Shown here one piece after another: positions 61,957-64,000 of a DNA stretch of 64,000 nucleotides (positions are counted from its first letter, which is position 1; each line of letters begins with the position of its first letter). The DNA is taken from NCBI GenBank assembly GCA_934141605.1, contig CAKPCL010000007.1, positions 6,142 to 70,141 of the forward strand. Reading direction: 5' to 3'. The translations under genes and the position numbers were made by a program. The stretch is from an uncultured Clostridia bacterium (GTDB taxonomy: Bacteria > Bacillota > Clostridia > TANB77 > CAG-508). The notes beneath the pieces were generated by a model that was not told the DNA's origin, searched no databases, and was given only the letters and a program-made list of their open reading frames with translations.

Positions 61957-62874
61957 TTACTTTGTTATTTCAGTAATCCAATTTAATATATCTTCATATA
62001 CTTTTTTATTTCCTAATTCATTTAAAATCTCATGCCTCATGTTTTCATATAAATCACTGCTTATATTAGTATATCCTAAATCTTTTAAAAACGCCTGAGC
62101 TTTATACCATTTTTTTATTGATGATATTATAGGGTCGTCGCTTCCTGCTATAAAATATATTGGTAATTTAAAATTATTTTTTCTATATATTTTAGGGTTA
62201 TAAATATCTATCATTAATCTAATTATATTTTCAAATCCGTTTAATGTATAGTTATATTGACATAACTCGTCTGCATTATATTTTTCTACTATTTTTCTGT
62301 TATTGCAAATCCAACTATTTTTTAAGTTGCTATCTTTATTATATCCATTGAACATTAAATTTTTCACAAATTTACTACGATATTTTTCACCTTTAAATAA
62401 CTCCATTGTCTTTACTATTGCTAGTCCTAATTTAGCATTTACATTTTTGCTTGGTGAACCACATACTATTAGTCCATCTATTTTGTTATCATATTTTGCA
62501 ATGTATTTTCTTACTATCATTGAGCCCATGCTGTGTCCAAATAGTATGATTTTTTTACCGTTGAATTTTTCTTTTAGATATCTTGTTATTTGATACAAAT
62601 CTTCGATTATTGCTTCTGCTTCATTTTCGTAAAAGTATCCTATATCTTCTTCATTTTTTAGACTTTTGCCATGTCCTCTATGGTCATTTATAAAACTTGC
62701 ATATCCGTTTTCTGCCAGATATTTCATAAAGTCTATATATCTTTCTTTGTGTTCGTTCATTCCATGTGCAAGTTGCACTACTCCTTTTATTTCACCTTCT
62801 GGTTTTATTGATAAGCAATCTATTTCTAGTTCGTCAATTTCTGATATTATTTTGATTTTTTCTTTTTTTATCAT
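61957..62874 (-). CDS. alpha/beta hydrolase (lysophospholipase-like)
   Basis: GHSMGS nucleophile elbow, HG oxyanion motif. ATG at 62874. Confidence 0.7.
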   Translation of the reverse strand: MIKKEKIKIISEIDELEIDCLSIKPEGEIKGVVQLAHGMNEHKERYIDFMKYLAENGYASFINDHRGHGKSLKNEEDIGYFYENEAEAIIEDLYQITRYLKEKFNGKKIILFGHSMGSMIVRKYIAKYDNKIDGLIVCGSPSKNVNAKLGLAIVKTMELFKGEKYRSKFVKNLMFNGYNKDSNLKNSWICNNRKIVEKYNADELCQYNYTLNGFENIIRLMIDIYNPKIYRKNNFKLPIYFIAGSDDPIISSIKKWYKAQAFLKDLGYTNISSDLYENMRHEILNELGNKKVYEDILNWITEITK

Positions 62875-62977
62875 AAATTTTCTCACTTTCATATTAATTT
62901 TTAAAAATAATATCATAATTATATTAATTTTTCAATAATTTTTTGCCGTTACATCGGATACCCGAGATGTTTTTATT

Positions 62978-63112
62978 TTAACTTTTCCATCTTTTTATTG
63001 TAATTACTTCATCAGCTATATTCTCTATTTCTTCTTTATTAGTTATTTTTTCTAATAAATAGTTTTCTATGTATTCAGTTATTTTATTTAATTCTTCGTA
63101 AATATTATACAT
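62978..63112 (-). pseudogene. possible remnant of an AraC-family regulator N-terminus (44 codons)
   Basis: Manual: MYNIYEELNKITEYIENYLLEKITNKEEIENIADEVITIKRWKS. Resembles the start of AraC/Rob-like HTH proteins but stops early. Overlaps the GH2 stop. Confidence 0.25.
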
Positions 63113-64000
63113 TTTTTTTCTCTTTATTTATGCTTTTTATTTTATGAATAATTTCATCACTAAACTTTTCTTTTCTATTTTCATCAACTAACCCATTTAT
63201 TTCTTGTTGAACATCCGTTAGTTGTGTATAACAATATCCTGTTATATAGTGTGTATTTAAAATTGCATCAGTTAAACTTTCAAACCTTTTTATAAACTCT
63301 TTTTCATCTACTACTTGTTTTCCATATCCCCAACCTTTGTTTGAATTTAGTGCTATCCCACCATATTCACTCATTATAATAGGTTGTCCATTATATTTAT
63401 AGTTACCACTAAATAATTTATGAATTGTATTATATGGTTTCTTATTATTTAATACGGCTAATTCTTTATCATTATATTCATTATATAATAGGTCAGCTTC
63501 TTGTTTATAATCATGAATAGTTATTATATCTGATATTGTATGTTCCCATCCATCATTTGATATAACTGGTCTAGTTTTATCAAGTGCTTTAGTAATATAG
63601 TATACGCTATTGGCAAAATTTTGTTGTTCTATATTTTCTGATACTTCATGAATTCCCCATGATTCGTTAATAGGTACCCATGTAATTATTGATGGATGAT
63701 TATAATTTTGTTTTACTACTTTAATCCATTCGTCCATAAAATATTCTACTGATTTATTGTTAAAATCATAACAATTGGCCATTTCACTCCAAACTAATAT
63801 CCCATTTATGTCACAGTAATATAAAAATCTTTCGTCTTCTACCTTTTGGTGTTTTCTTATTCCATTGTATCCATATTTTTTAACTAGTTCTATGTCTTTT
63901 ATAATTGCTTCTTCATTTGGTGGTGTTAAATGTGAATCTGCCCAATAACCTTGATCTAAAATCATTTTTAAATATAATTCTTTATTATTTAATAATATTT
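63105..64000 (-). CDS. glycoside hydrolase family 2, C-terminal TIM-barrel part (gene continues past the window end)
   Basis: NHPSIITWVPINESWG acid/base motif region. The frame stays open upstream of the listed Met to position 64000. Confidence 0.7.
   Translation of the reverse strand, partial: ILLNNKELYLKMILDQGYWADSHLTPPNEEAIIKDIELVKKYGYNGIRKHQKVEDERFLYYCDINGILVWSEMANCYDFNNKSVEYFMDEWIKVVKQNYNHPSIITWVPINESWGIHEVSENIEQQNFANSVYYITKALDKTRPVISNDGWEHTISDIITIHDYKQEADLLYNEYNDKELAVLNNKKPYNTIHKLFSGNYKYNGQPIIMSEYGGIALNSNKGWGYGKQVVDEKEFIKRFESLTDAILNTHYITGYCYTQLTDVQQEINGLVDENRKEKFSDEIIHKIKSINKEKKNV

Overview
Very AT-rich chromosome segment from an endospore-forming Firmicute, Clostridia-like (cotJABC, sigH, spoIIP, ylbJ and ctsR-mcsA-mcsB-clpC are all present). 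Almost all genes are on the minus strand. Positions ~15.8-64 kb are an ordinary housekeeping block: pyk, pgi, folD, ligA, ychF, thrS with a T-box, tgt, queA, pnp, rpsO, clpC operon, eno, recN, murI, four tRNAs. The first ~15 kb is accessory DNA inserted into the cotJ spore-coat operon at two places. (1) A 3.74-kb element with a large serine recombinase sits in the 3' end of cotJB. It is bounded by a 7-bp direct repeat, and precise excision would rebuild a canonical CotJB C-terminus directly upstream of the cotJC start, as in skin-like sporulation intervening elements. (2) cotJC stops at codon 137, next to a second element of at least 11 kb that runs off the window start. This element carries a replication-initiator-like HTH gene, a class B sortase, a 1680-aa thioester/CnaB adhesin and a primase, a gene content typical of conjugative elements. 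The other main observation is an unannotated interspersed repeat of two stem-loop modules with an invariant 11-nt loop. It occurs four times, each time just upstream of a minus-strand Shine-Dalgarno: the thrS leader, mcsA/mcsB, upstream of clpC, and after ligA. Smaller items are a terminator module shared by clpC and murI that also encodes their last codons, an opposite-strand microgene splitting the clpC operon, a 37-aa Cys-rich peptide gene and a frameshifted metalloprotease gene. All product calls rest on motif recognition by eye. No database search was possible.
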